From contig CM120644.1 of assembly GCA_051362555.1 (NCBI GenBank), positions 1,310,954-1,374,953 on the forward strand: DNA of 64,000 bases. The letters run 5' to 3'. The notes below the pieces were generated by a model, which worked only from the letters and a program-made list of their open reading frames with translations, was not told the DNA's origin and made no database searches. The translations under genes were made by a program, and so were the position numbers. Position 1 is the stretch's first letter; each line of letters begins with the position of its first letter. The stretch comes from Lingula anatina (Eukaryota; Animalia; Brachiopoda). Of the stretch, positions 26,334 to 38,972 are shown piece after piece.

Positions 26334-28377
26334 TTTTTTCCATCTGATGTATGTGCCACCTTGAGGCTTACAAGTACATATGACGCCAACCCGATCATGC
26401 CCATTATGTCCATCAAAGTCTTTTTATTGTACCCCAGGCGCTTCTTATTTAATGAAACACTCGTAAATATGTCATGCCATAACCTGACGTAACTTCTGTA
26501 TGAATGAGTGACTTGCCAACTTTGTGATGGCGAGACAAACTGGTGACATTTGTTTTTTTCATTTGATATAGTTATTTAACAGCATTAGTTCAGTTCAATA
26601 GTTTCTTGATGTGGGTGTACTGGATTGTTGTGCTGGTTTGTGTTTTCAGTATTTAGATACCTGTCAGTTGCTTATAAAAATACTTACTTATTTGCTTAAG
26701 TAAAGTCTCTTTACTAAAACTGATGGTAAATTACCCACTCAACTGCTTCTTCTTTGAAAACATTTTAATCGAAGTCTCCTTTTTTTGTTTACAGTGGAGT
26801 GAGGCGTCGTCTGAAGTCATTTTCTTAATTTCTTTTGACTTTTTAGAGAGACAAGTAAGGTATACAGCGCTGATACAGTATAAATGGGTATTATGGAGGT
26901 TTTCTTGCATTTGAATGAGAGTTTCAGAAAGCTACCCTAGGTTCTAGATTTCAGTATTGCCAGCTCGATCTCGATTTCATATGAAACCCATTTCAGCAAT
27001 ACTGACTCTAGCCACTACCGTCACATTTGAGATGTGTTCGGAAAAAAAAAAATTTGCCTGGGGCTCTTCCATATTTGGAAGTCACATGTCTCGTACGTCA
27101 CAGATCTGTCCCACCTGGAGCTACCTTTCCTGCCTTGAACTGACGTCATCCCATACAGACAAGACAAAGAAGCAAAGTGGCTGACGCGGAATTTGAAGTT
27201 TGCACTAAGAATACCTTGCATTCGCAAATCAGTGCCACAACAAAAGCACCTTTCTGCTTTAAAAACTGATTTTTGGTGTAGTCATCAGCAGACATACAGT
27301 GTAGCTGTGAAGCACATGTATTGTGTTTATATCTTTAGGAGCAAATGTTTTTTGATAAGTAAAACAATACCACAACATCTGGTATATCATTTTCATCTAA
27401 AAAGATATTAACATTTTTTTCAATTCAAATCTTTATTACAGTTAATAAAATCACTAAAGCAAAAATAAATGTGCTTTCTGTTTTATTTTGAACTTATGAC
27501 ATTCAACTGCAGATTCACTGCGGAGCATTACCTTTGATTGAGGATACTCGAAATTGCCGCTGCTCGTCAGGACCACTATAAACCTCCCAATGCAAAGGTA
27601 TGAATTGAGCAAGCTATCTTTATAGTGCCCTGACACTCAGGGCACAGAAAGCCCATCCATCTGTTGAAAAATTATATTCCTCGCCGATGATTTGGACGGC
27701 ATGTCTTATCTAAGTGTATGTATGTGTATAAGAGAGGAAGAGATAAATAAATAGATCACGAGAGGCAGAGATTGCAGCTTCCAGACTTGTCCATCAAGTT
27801 CAGATACCAGTATGCCTTAAAGCTGACACGCACATCTTTTTGGCACCAACCCTGTTATGTAATTCCATCAGCCGTAACATTTTAATCTACCCAAGGTCGG
27901 AATTTTTATCCATTGAAACGGTCGTAAAAACATAATGCCCTAACCTGTTGTAACATCTACCCAGAATTAATAATAAAGTTAGACTTACCATAGTTGTAAC
28001 AAGTAGACAAATTAATATTGTTTTTTGTTCGATGTTCAGTTTTGGTATTATTCATCTATAAGTAAAAATTGTGATTTATCATTTGACTGTCATGGATACG
28101 CGTATTTGTTGCATGGTATTGTGTGTATTAAAAAATTGAACAAATAACAATACTTTGTCTTCCTTTGCCATAATTCAATTATTCCATATGTGTCTCATTT
28201 CTAATTAACCATCACGACGTAACGCAAATACTGACTTGCAAAATGTAATAATTACCAAATTATGTGTTTCGGGTCGGTATAAAACGATTGCCTTGGTCCA
28301 GTTTTGACAGACTTCAGTTTAGTCAATCTCCAAGTCACACTCTGCCAGTTAGCAGACGACATCTCCTTTCGGCCAAG

Positions 28378-28451
28378 ATGATAAAACTGATTCTACTCGC
28401 TGCTCTCCTGGCCGTGGCCGCTGTCAATTGTTGGGGAAGTTCTGGTTAAAG
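28378..28451 (+). pseudogene. Gly/Tyr peptide family pseudogene, exon 1 only, premature stop
   Basis: TATAAAA 28278. MIKLILLAALLAVAAVNCWGSSG* (TAA 28447-28449 where paralogs have CAA), then AG|GTGAGA. The B-type intron ends abruptly at ~28961. Confidence 0.85.
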
Positions 28452-29354
28452 GTGAGAGAGAGAGAGAGAGAGAGATTAACTACTGTTTAAAGTCTTGCTT
28501 AATGAACTAGACCAATACTAATCGTTAAGAACTTTCATATAAGAAGGAAAGCTATACAAAGAATCATTTTTTAAATCATATACATATTTTGTGATTTTAT
28601 CCTCACTGCTACCCAGTTGAGTGATGATCTCAATGCCATACATTAATACTCAGAATACAGGCAATGTTTTATGCTGTGAATATATCTACAGTGTAGTGCA
28701 AATTAACCTTTGGCCCTGGTATGTGAGATCTTAATAGCGAAGGATGAGAGAGAAAGAGACTACTGAAGGGTCCATTCAAGTTGTGGATTCTAGCTGCAAC
28801 AGCCAGCTCATCTTATGAAGCATTTAGAGTTAGTAAACAATCTGGACGACCATGCATTTTTACTTTATTGTTCTGGGAATTATCTTTGTCATGTTCGAAG
28901 TTTCGATTTGATTTTCATGTTTTTTTAATATTATGTGACTTGGATACTATGGGACTTAGCGTAACTTTTTAATTTCATTGGGATAAAATTATCTGCTTAT
29001 TAGACGTGCAGTAAAGGCCGAGCGTATCATTTTCTCTAGTAAAATGATCATTTCTTCGCTTGCTTTGTCTCGATTCTCGAGCGCTGAACAAAATGAAACC
29101 ACAACAGTAACTTGCTTATGAACAAAAGTAAGGTGATTCCTTCTGCTACATATTTGAAAACAGACTGTCCGGATCAATTCTTTTTTTTTTTTTTATTTCT
29201 AATTAAATTGCACTATAAGATGAATTGAGTATTGGTAAGAGTAAATCACAAAGCAATATACAACTACGCACTAGTAAACCTTTTTCTCTCACACACACTC
29301 AAAAACACGCACACATACACACGTAGTCACACACTAAAAGCTACATTAACAGAC

Positions 29355-29431
29355 CTTTTACTCCCAGAGTCCCACCTAGGGGCTGCTGCTGCCAAAGCCA
29401 CGAGGGCAGCGAGTAGAATCAGCTTCATCAT
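29355..29431 (-). pseudogene. Subfamily A pseudogene, exon 1 only
   Basis: MMKLILLAALVALAAAAPRWDSGSK, then AG|GTCTGT. TATA has decayed to TAAAAAA (~29527-29533). The intron is cut at ~28962, just before the acceptor, and there is no exon 2. Confidence 0.85.
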
Positions 29432-30723
29432 TTCGGCGGCAAAAGAGGCGTTGTCTGGTAGCTGCTGGAGTGTGACTTGAATCTTCACTGAAGTCGAAGT
29501 CTGTCAAAACTGGACCACGGCAACGGTTTTTTACCGTCCCGACACACAACGGATTCGTAATCATTATAGTTTTGGAAGCCAGTATTTTGCCTTTAGATAT
29601 TTGCGACGAAGGTCGGGAAGGTTAATTTAATATGAGACGCATAAGGAATAAATCATCATTTTGGCAACACATCATCAAACTGACAAAATTAAATCTCCCG
29701 ATTTTTAAAAAGCTAGGAAAGAAATGAAGACTAAGGAAGAAACACGCCCACACTGGTTAAGCTTTCGGAAATCCTCATGCATGTCTTAAAATGCAAAGAG
29801 ACCTCCAAATATCCCACTAATGTCACCGCTGCATACCTTGGATATTCCTCTACAATGTTTTAAGAAATTTGATAAGAAAAGAAAATGTTCCCAAACGCCG
29901 CCTTACTTCATTGTTACAAGAAAAGTAGACTTTAAAAAAATGGTGTCAAAGAAGAAGCAGTTTAGTGGAAATTTTTCAATTGGTCTCAAAAAAGAGACTA
30001 CTTTACTTTAGCAAATAGATTTACATTTTTTGTCATAAACAACCGATAGTAACAAACCATTTGAAGCACCTAATGAACTAATAAATGCTTCTAAATATAC
30101 AATACCCAATAAAAATAACGAAAAATATCTCTTGTCTGTCTTTTTATCACAAAGTTGGCAAGTCACTTAAGTGAGGGCACAATTTTTACGAGTACAGTAT
30201 TTCATTAGATAAAAAGTTATTGGAGTAATTAAGATGGAAAGACTTTGTTTATTGCAGCAGTATGGTAGATAACAGACGTAACTGGGTTGGCGTCAATTAT
30301 ATGACATTGTACTTGTTAGCTTCCAGGTGGTACGTGAATAGGATGGAAGAGTGGTAAAACTGTAGATGCATTGAACGTCTCCGAAATCTCTCTCTCTCTC
30401 TCTCTCACATGGACCTAAAAACGCTCATGTTGTGCCTTATGTAATGCTCATTCCAAGCATATAAGATAAAAATAAAACCAAACAAACAAAGGAAACACTT
30501 TCTTCATAGCCACATGCTAAAGTTAACTTGGTACATGCAGATTTCAATTCGTTCATGAAACGTACATATTCGTATGTGGAAAACACTTGCACTCGTAGCT
30601 GCTTTTAGGACAGTCTGCTCTACCCAGTCTGCTGGTGACAAGTTAATTAAAGGATTCCTATGCGGAAAAGGACGATAGCCGCTTATATTAGATTATGAAC
30701 CCTCGCAAAATACACACACACGT

Positions 30724-30780
<57 letters not shown>

Positions 30781-31889
30781 AATAAAGAGGACTAACTTGC
30801 ATGCATTACGAAATTGCCATTATTTCTTTAATGAATAGAATTTCAATGATTTTGGTCCCTGTAAAAATATGTATGTTATACTAATTTAACGTCGCCTGTT
30901 GTCTTAGTAAGGGAAAAAGGTGATGATCTTGTCTGCATTTAATGTCACTAGGACTCATTAGAAATTCTCCTACGTATAACGAAGCTTCATGTTCACATTA
31001 AGCGTGTGTACGGGTGTCATTTTCTTTGGGCAGTACAGCAAATATAAATGTTATTTTTATTGTCAATGTTCTAATAATCAGACGTACCACTTGGTATGGC
31101 ATTGATTTATAGCTTTAGAACAAGCTACATGTAGCTAAATTTTGTTAATACCAAGACAACGGCGAAGTAGTGCACCTGCTATTAAGCCTGAGCTTACATA
31201 TGAATCCAAAAGGAGAGAGAGATAGAGAGAAAGAGAGAGACGGGGGTTGAGAGAGAGAGAGATTGGGGTTGAAAGAGAGAAAGAGAGATACCAAAATTAT
31301 CAAAAGCAAGGCATCGTTATAAGTAAAAGTATTTAAAATATATATATTTGAAGGATAATTAAATCACGCCCAGTCCTGCAGCTAGCCACTTCTACTATTA
31401 ACTTACACATGATCTCCTTAAGACGGCATACAACAATAAATTAATTGAAAACAAAATTATTGAAAAAGATGAAGACTAATCGGATAATGGCAAGTGAATT
31501 TAACATTCATTTTATGTTAATGAGCAACAGTGTGTGTGAGAGAGACAGGGAGAGAGAAAGAGAGAGAGAGATATTTGCGCACTAACTCTATTTGTTCTTA
31601 TCAGTTAGACTCACGAACCAATATGCCTTGTGGCTTATAAGTGCGTTATGGCCGCGACCTTCACATCCATTATTTAGCAGTGACATGTAATCTACTGGTC
31701 TTTTCTACATGCTAAAGTCACTTCTTATAAAAAAAAAAAAAAAAAAAACACAGGTTAATTGCAGGATCATATAACCTGTTGTTACTACCGTGAGGCTCAA
31801 AGTTTTTAATTTTTTTTAAATATGTTTTACCTTTACTGAATTTGATAAGCTCAAGCATTAACAAATCAAGGGGATTAATTTGGACAATC

Positions 31890-32095
31890 TGACGATACTT
31901 GGTAATTGAAACCAAAGTGATAATAGATTTCATGTGTGTCCCATTTAGCCACCCCTACCTTAACAAATATTTTAAGGCAAAATATTCGGTTCCAAAATGT
32001 AATAATTACGCATATGTTTTGTTTTGGCACATTATAAAATAGCCGCCTTGGTTCAGTTTTGACATACTCCGTCCTCAGTAAAGATCAGAGTCACA
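31890..32095 (+). promoter_or_regulatory. Orphan subfamily B promoter plus partial 5' UTR (TATAAAA 32033-32039)
   Basis: tataaaatagccgccttggttcagttttgacatactccgtcctc matches the promoter and 5' UTR of the B genes and runs almost directly into the minisatellite. Confidence 0.7.
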
Positions 32096-32121
32096 AAATC
32101 AACAAATACCAACAATTAAGG

Positions 32122-33520
32122 TACTACCCATATTGTTTCCGAGCACACCAGTGACAATCTATCACCAAATATTACCCATATTGTTTCCGAGCACACCAGT
32201 GACAATCTATCACCAAATATTACCCATATTGTTTCCGAGCACACCAGTGACAATCTATCACCAAATATTACCCACATTGTTTCCGAGCACACCAGTGACA
32301 ATCTATCACCAAATACTACCCACATTGTTTCCGAGCACACCAGTGACAATCTATCACCAAATACTACCCACATTGCATCCGAGCACACCAGTGACAATCT
32401 ATCACCAAATACTACCCACATTGCATCCGAGCACACCAGTGACAATCTATCACCAAATACTACCCACATTGCATCCGAGCACACCAGTGACAATCTATCA
32501 CCAAATACTACCCACATTGCATCCGAGCACACCAGTGACAATCTATCACCAAATACTACCCACATTGCATCCGAGCACACCAGTGACAATCTATCACCAA
32601 ATACTACCCACATTGCATCCGAGCACACCAGTGACAATCTATCACCAAATACTACCCACATTGCATCCGAGCACACCAGTGACAATCTATCACCAAATAC
32701 TACCCACATTGCATCCGAGCACACCAGTGACAATCTATCACCAAATACTACCCACATTGCATCCGAGCACACCAGTGACAATCTATCACCAAATACTACC
32801 CACATTGCATCCGAGCACACCAGTGACAATCTATCACCAAATACTACCCACATTGCATCCGAGCACACCAGTGACAATCTATCACCAAATACTACCCACA
32901 TTGCATCCGAGCACACCAGTGACAATCTATCACCAAATACTACCCACATTGCATCCGAGCACACCAGTGACAATCTATCACCAAATACTACCCACATTGC
33001 ATCCGAGCACACCAGTGACAATCTATCACCAAATACTACCCACATTGCATCCGAGCACACCAGTGACAATCTATCACCAAATACTACCCACATTGCATCC
33101 GAGCACACCAGTGACAATCTATCACCAAATACTACCCACATTGCATCCGAGCACACCAGTGACAATCTATCACCAAATACTACCCACATTGCATCCGAGC
33201 ACACCAGTGACAATCTATCACCAAATACTACCCACATTGCATCCGAGCACACCAGTGACAATCTATCACCAAATACTACCCACATTGCATCCGAGCACAC
33301 CAGTGACAATCTATCACCAAATACTACCCACATTGCATCCGAGCACACCAGTGACAATCTATCACCAAATACTACCCACATTGCATCCGAGCACACCAGT
33401 GACAATCTATCACCAAATATTACCCACATTGTTTCCGAGCACACCAGTGACAATCTATCACCAAATACTACCCACATTGTTTCTGAGCACACCAGTCACA
33501 ATCTATCACCAAATACTACC
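32122..33520. repeat. 48-bp minisatellite, ~29 units, homogeneous core
   Basis: Unit cattgcatccgagcacaccagtgacaatctatcaccaaatactaccca, with gtttcc variant units at both edges. Confidence 0.97.
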
Positions 33521-34231
33521 ATGCGTGTTTATAAAGAGTGTCAGGCATGCTATTGGCACTTTCTTTGTATGACACTGATGATTGTGTTATAGTAAACAAC
33601 GTCAAATTACATAACTAGAAAACCACTCAGGGAGCTAACGCAGACCTTCGCTAAGGAAAGGTACACAAAGCGTCAGTTTGAATAATGCTTTGTCTTCTAA
33701 GAAATACATTTAGTCGTGGTGTCTTCTGGTAATTAAATAATTAAGTCATACATGTACATGTTCTCTTAACGTGCTTGTACTATCGGTAAAATATAACTTT
33801 CTTTTAACTTTTACAAGCACTCAGAATAAAATCAGTTAAGTTGTGTCTCTGTATTTCTCCAGGCCATGAACTTAGAAGCTTGGTATTTTAGTTAAGAAAA
33901 ATAAGCCTTTCCTGTCTTACATATGTTAATATACAGTGCCTTCTGTGGGTCTCTTTGATGCCAAAACAGTTATTTATAGAGTCAAAAACTCTGGCATTTA
34001 CAATGTGTACTTCAAAGAGGGAGGTTCTGTTTCTGATGAGGAACGTTGCCCCGAGAAAAGGGTCCACGCTGACATGGTATGTGTTGGCATATTTTAAAAT
34101 AACAATGTGCTTAGAACTGATGTAAAATGGTTGTCACAACTTATAAAATTCCTGGATCTTGTTACTAACATCAATATTTCTTTAATACACACCTGTATCA
34201 TTGCAGATTCAAATGTTTAATCGCTTAACAT

Positions 34232-34278
<47 letters not shown>

Positions 34279-35037
34279 GCGTATAATTCCCATGGACATT
34301 TACAATCTATATTGATTTAAAAAGATTAAAAGCAAATTGACATCTTCATCATTATATTTTATTGCATAAGCAATGTAAAATTTCATACATGTAATACAGA
34401 ATATGTTTCCAAATTGCACCGGTCTATTTATGGGCAAAAGCAGTAAAGATATTTAGAATTATATGATTAAGGAACTTTTTGGTAGCGGTCACGTGGTTGA
34501 TGTCGTCATATCCGGCTCTGCACACTGCAGAATAAAGGTTATGCGCAGCATCAGTTTCTGAAATATAAAGAAATGTTTGATAATGACAATAACTTACTCC
34601 ACGGGTCACGGTAGATATTGAAAACAGACCAATACATGACTTAATGGATAGACAATTGTCTAAAGACTCTTCCTTCAGATCAATACAGTTCAGTGCTTTT
34701 AACCCTTTGTTGTACTTATTTGCGGAGACTATCAAGACTATGAAGGCGGAGACTGTGCCGACACCTACTAACTCGGAGCTTTTTTTACAAGACTGGTTGA
34801 ACACATTTGGACCTATTGAAAACGGACCAACACAAAACTTAATGGATAGGTAATTGTCTATACAGTCTGTCATATTTATAGACTGTATAAAAATGATAAT
34901 AAGGAAAAAAAACTTTTATCATTTTTTTTAATTTTCTGACTAGCCTTAACTAGCTATTAGGAAAACATGTATTAGACTGAATATGTCCGCTTAACAAACG
35001 TGGAACAAACTGTAAAATGTGATAGTAAAGCGATATC

Positions 35038-35809
35038 TTACCACAAAAACCCCCATGGGGAAATTAACCCCTTCTTTCCTCCATATTGAGGCTTTCCATA
35101 TCCAGCACCTTTGTATCCATAGCCTCCTCCGTTGCTGTTGTATCCGTTCAGGTGATATCCGTTGCGATCACCATATCCGTACCCTTGACCATAATAGCCG
35201 TTGTCGCCATTTCCATATCCACCTGGTTGGTATCCATAGTGAGTCCTTTTACAAAATAAAAAAGACAAATAACTTTTCAATTTCATTGGGATAAATTATC
35301 AATATGAAAGAAGACAACGTCACCTGTCAAGCAGTCTTCAGTGGCACTCAGGTTATTAGACGTGGAGTGAAGGCTGAGTTTATCATTTTCTGTATAATAG
35401 AATACTTTCTTCGCGTGCTTTGTCTCGATTCTCTTGCGTTGAGCAAAATGAAACCCCAGCAACAAATTGGTTTTAAACAAAAGTAAGGTGATTCCTTCAG
35501 CTAAATATTTGAAACAGTCGGTCCAGATCAATTCATTTTTTCCTAATTTTAATTGCACTATTAGATGAATCAAGGAGATTCTGTTGAAACTCCTTGGATG
35601 AATTGGGTATTGGTAAGAGTGAATCGCAAAACCATAAACAACTACACAATAGTGAACCTCACTCTCACACACACACTCAAACACGCGCACACATACACAC
35701 GTAATCACACACTAAAAGCTACATTATCACACCTTTTACTCCCAGAGTCCCACTTAACGGCTGCTGCTGCCAATGCCACGAGGGCAGCGAGTAGAAACAG
35801 CTTCATCAT
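35038..35809 (-). CDS. Secreted Gly/Tyr/Asn-rich peptide A3 (long variant), 94 aa; exons 35809-35733 and 35245-35038
   Basis: TATAAAA 35911-35905; ATTAAA 34932-34927. Product: MMKLFLLAALVALAAAAVKWDSGSKRTHYGYQPGGYGNGDNGYYGQGYGYGDRNGYHLNGYNSNGGGYGYKGAGYGKPQYGGKKGLISPWGFLW*. Confidence 0.9.
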
Positions 35810-36668
35810 TTTGGCGGCAAAAGAGGTGTCGTCTACTAACTGTTGAAGTGTGACTTGGAGCTTGACTGAAGTCAAAGTCTGTCAAAACTGGACCAAGGCA
35901 ACGGTTTTATACCGTCTCGAAACACGACGAATGTGTAATAATTATCTTTTTGGGACAGTATTTTGCCCTAAGATATTTGTAACGAAGGTCGGAATGGTTA
36001 ATTGATATAAGACACATACGGAATAAATTACCATTTATTTGCGTTTTAGTTGGCAACGCATCATCAAACTGCCACAATTAACACCATGATTTATAAACAG
36101 TCAGAGCTTATTACAAGAGAAATAAAGACTAAGGTAGAAACATGCCCAAACTGCCGTTAGCAGCTGTGCCTTACTTCTTTGTTGTAATTATAAGATACAT
36201 CAGTCAAATATTGGTTTAATAGTATCATTATTCTTGGTCTTTGAATTATGACATAGTTGACAAAATGTTTTTGTTATAAGTTCAAATCATTATGTTTTAA
36301 ACATAAAACTATGCAACAAACCCGCGTATCCATGACACTCATCCAGCAAATGATAAACTGCAATATCTGCTGATATATGAATAATACCAATACTGAATAT
36401 CGAAAAAAAAATCAATTTGTCTCCTCGTTACAGCGATGGCAAGTCAAAACGTATTATTTATTCTGGTGAGAAGTAACAACAGGTTAGGACACTATATTTT
36501 ACGACTTTTTCATTAGATAACAATCCCTTGCCTTGGGTGGATTTAAAACACGTTGTTTGTTACAGCTGATAGACTAACTTAACAGGGTTGGTGCCAATAA
36601 GATGTGCGTGTCAGCTTTAAGGCATACTGGTACCTGAATCTGATGGATAGGTGTGGTGACTTCAGTTA

Positions 36669-36726
<58 letters not shown>

Positions 36727-36761
36727 AACACTAAGATAAAACATGCCGTCCAAATCATCTA

Positions 36762-37902
36762 AATGTTTCAGAAATAGCTTTTGGTGTGCCACAAGGCAGT
36801 GTTCTAGGACCTCTTGTTTTGCATGTATACCTTACCAATTGGGGCCATGCTAAGACATCATACCATTGGCTATCATATTTATGCTGATGACACACAGATT
36901 TTTACTTGTTGCAATCTAGAAAATCCAAAATAATCTATTGATATATTGTCTAAATGTATTGACGATCTTCGCAGGTGGCTGATTAGTAATAAGTTGAAAA
37001 TTAACGATGGAAAGTCTGAACTTTTGGTAATAAGTCAGCCACATAATCGTATGATAGCACAACAAATTCAGCTCAAAATTGGATCAAGCATTATTAAGCC
37101 AACAACCTATGCAAAAAATCTTGGTGTATTTTTAGATGGATCGCTTTGTATGAACAAACATATTGCCAGTGTATGCAGGTCAGCGGTTTTTAACATTAGA
37201 AACATAAGTGCAATTTGCAATCAGTTGTCTGACTCTGCTGCAGCCACAGTCATAAATTGTTTAGTTATATCTCGATTAGATTACTGCAACTCCATTTTAT
37301 ACGGTTGTCCAAAGAAACAAATTGCCAGACTGCAGCGTATTCAAAATATTTCGACCAGATTATTAACTCGGACATCCACAAGCATACACATCTCCCCAGT
37401 TTTAAAAAGTTTACACTGGCTACCTCTACAAGCCAGAATTTTATTCAAATTTTTAGTTTTTACTCACGATGCTTTTTATGGATTGGCACCAATCTACATC
37501 AATGAATTAGTTAGTCACTATGTTCCAATGCGAAATCTGCGGTCTGTGGACCAATTGCGACTCAACCCAGTAAAAATGCGATTAAAAACCTATGGTGATA
37601 TATCTTTTAAAGCTGCAGGTCCAAAGGAATGGAATCTATTACCGCTGGAAATCCGAGCAATTCAGTCTACCAAACATTTTAAAAAAAGAACTCAAAACAA
37701 ACCTTTTTAGGAAATATTTTGATTAACTCTTAATTTGTTTTATAAATCTTGTATAAATTGCATTTAATTGTATGGAATAATGGCTGTTTTACCTAGAATT
37801 TATTTATGATATTTTATGTAGTATTATTTATGATATTTTATGTAAAGTCTACTGAACATTTAAAATGGATTTTAGACTTAAAATAAATTTATTATTATTA
37901 TT
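36762..37902 (+). mobile_element. 5'-truncated L2/CR1-group LINE (reverse transcriptase C-terminal part, degraded)
   Basis: RT motifs FGVPQGSVLGPL and HIYADDTQ; ORF 36946-37710 contains ISRLDYCNS and HISPVLKSLHWLP. AATAAA plus (TAT)n tail. Possible ATCTA duplication (36757-36761, 37903-37907). It interrupts caaatcat...acaagaaatat, which is contiguous in paralogs. Confidence 0.92.
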
Positions 37903-38499
37903 ATCTACAAGAAATATAATTTTTCAACAGATGGGTGAGCTTTCTGAAATCCTCATACATGTCTTAAAATGTAAAGAGACCTCCAATATCCCCACTTCTG
38001 TTACCGCTGCAAACCTTAATTGTCTTTTTCCAAATTCTAAAGAAATTTAGACAAGAGGAGAAAATGTGCCCAAACACCGCCCTACTTCATTGTTACAAGA
38101 AAAGGAGACTTCCAATAACATACTGTCAAAGAAGAAGCAGTTGAGTGGTAATTTTCAATAGGTCTCATGTTTTGTTTTTTTTTTTTTTTTTTTCATTAGC
38201 AACGGATAGTCTTCTCATCACAAAGGTGGCAAGTCACTCAGGTCAGGACACTTTTACGAGTGTTTCATTAGATAAAAAGTGCTTGGGGTAAACTGAAAAG
38301 ACTTTGTTTATTGCAGCACTACAATTTATGGCAGACGATAGGCGTAACCGGGTTGGCATCAATTATACGTTATTGTAAGCTTCAAGGCGGTACGTGAATT
38401 GGATGGAAAAGATTGGTGCATATGTAGTTGAAGCGGACGCCTCCAAAATCTCTCTCTTTGTCTCTCTCTCTCTCTCACACACACACAAACACACACACA

Positions 38500-38543
<44 letters not shown>

Positions 38544-38972
38544 GACGTAAAAAAACGTTCATATTGCCAGGAATGTTTTTTTTTAATGCAGTGTATTATG
38601 CAATCCTCATTCCAAGCATATGAGATAAAAATAAAACCAAAAAACAAAAGGGACATTTTTTATAGCCGATACTTTATTCCCATATGTGTGAAAGATGGGC
38701 TGGTATGCGATTAAGATTCATTCACCTCTACTAGTTTATTAAAGCATTGCCTATGTGGAAATGGAACATAGGCGCATCTATTTGATAATGAAGTATCGAA
38801 AAACACACAAAAACACGCACTGAGAGAGAGAGAGTGTGTGTTTGTGCGTTTGGGAGAGAGTGACAGAGAGAGAGGGGGAGAGAGAGAGAGAGAGTGTGTG
38901 TTTGTGAGTGAGACAGGGAGGGAGGGAGGGAGGGAGGGAGGGGAGAGAAAGAGGATTGACTTGCATGTGTTA

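Noticed and set aside
32116-33572. 458- and 479-aa ORFs on both strands
   Set aside because: They are a 48-bp minisatellite whose unit is a multiple of 3 and lacks stops in several frames; starts are non-ATG and there is no unique domain.
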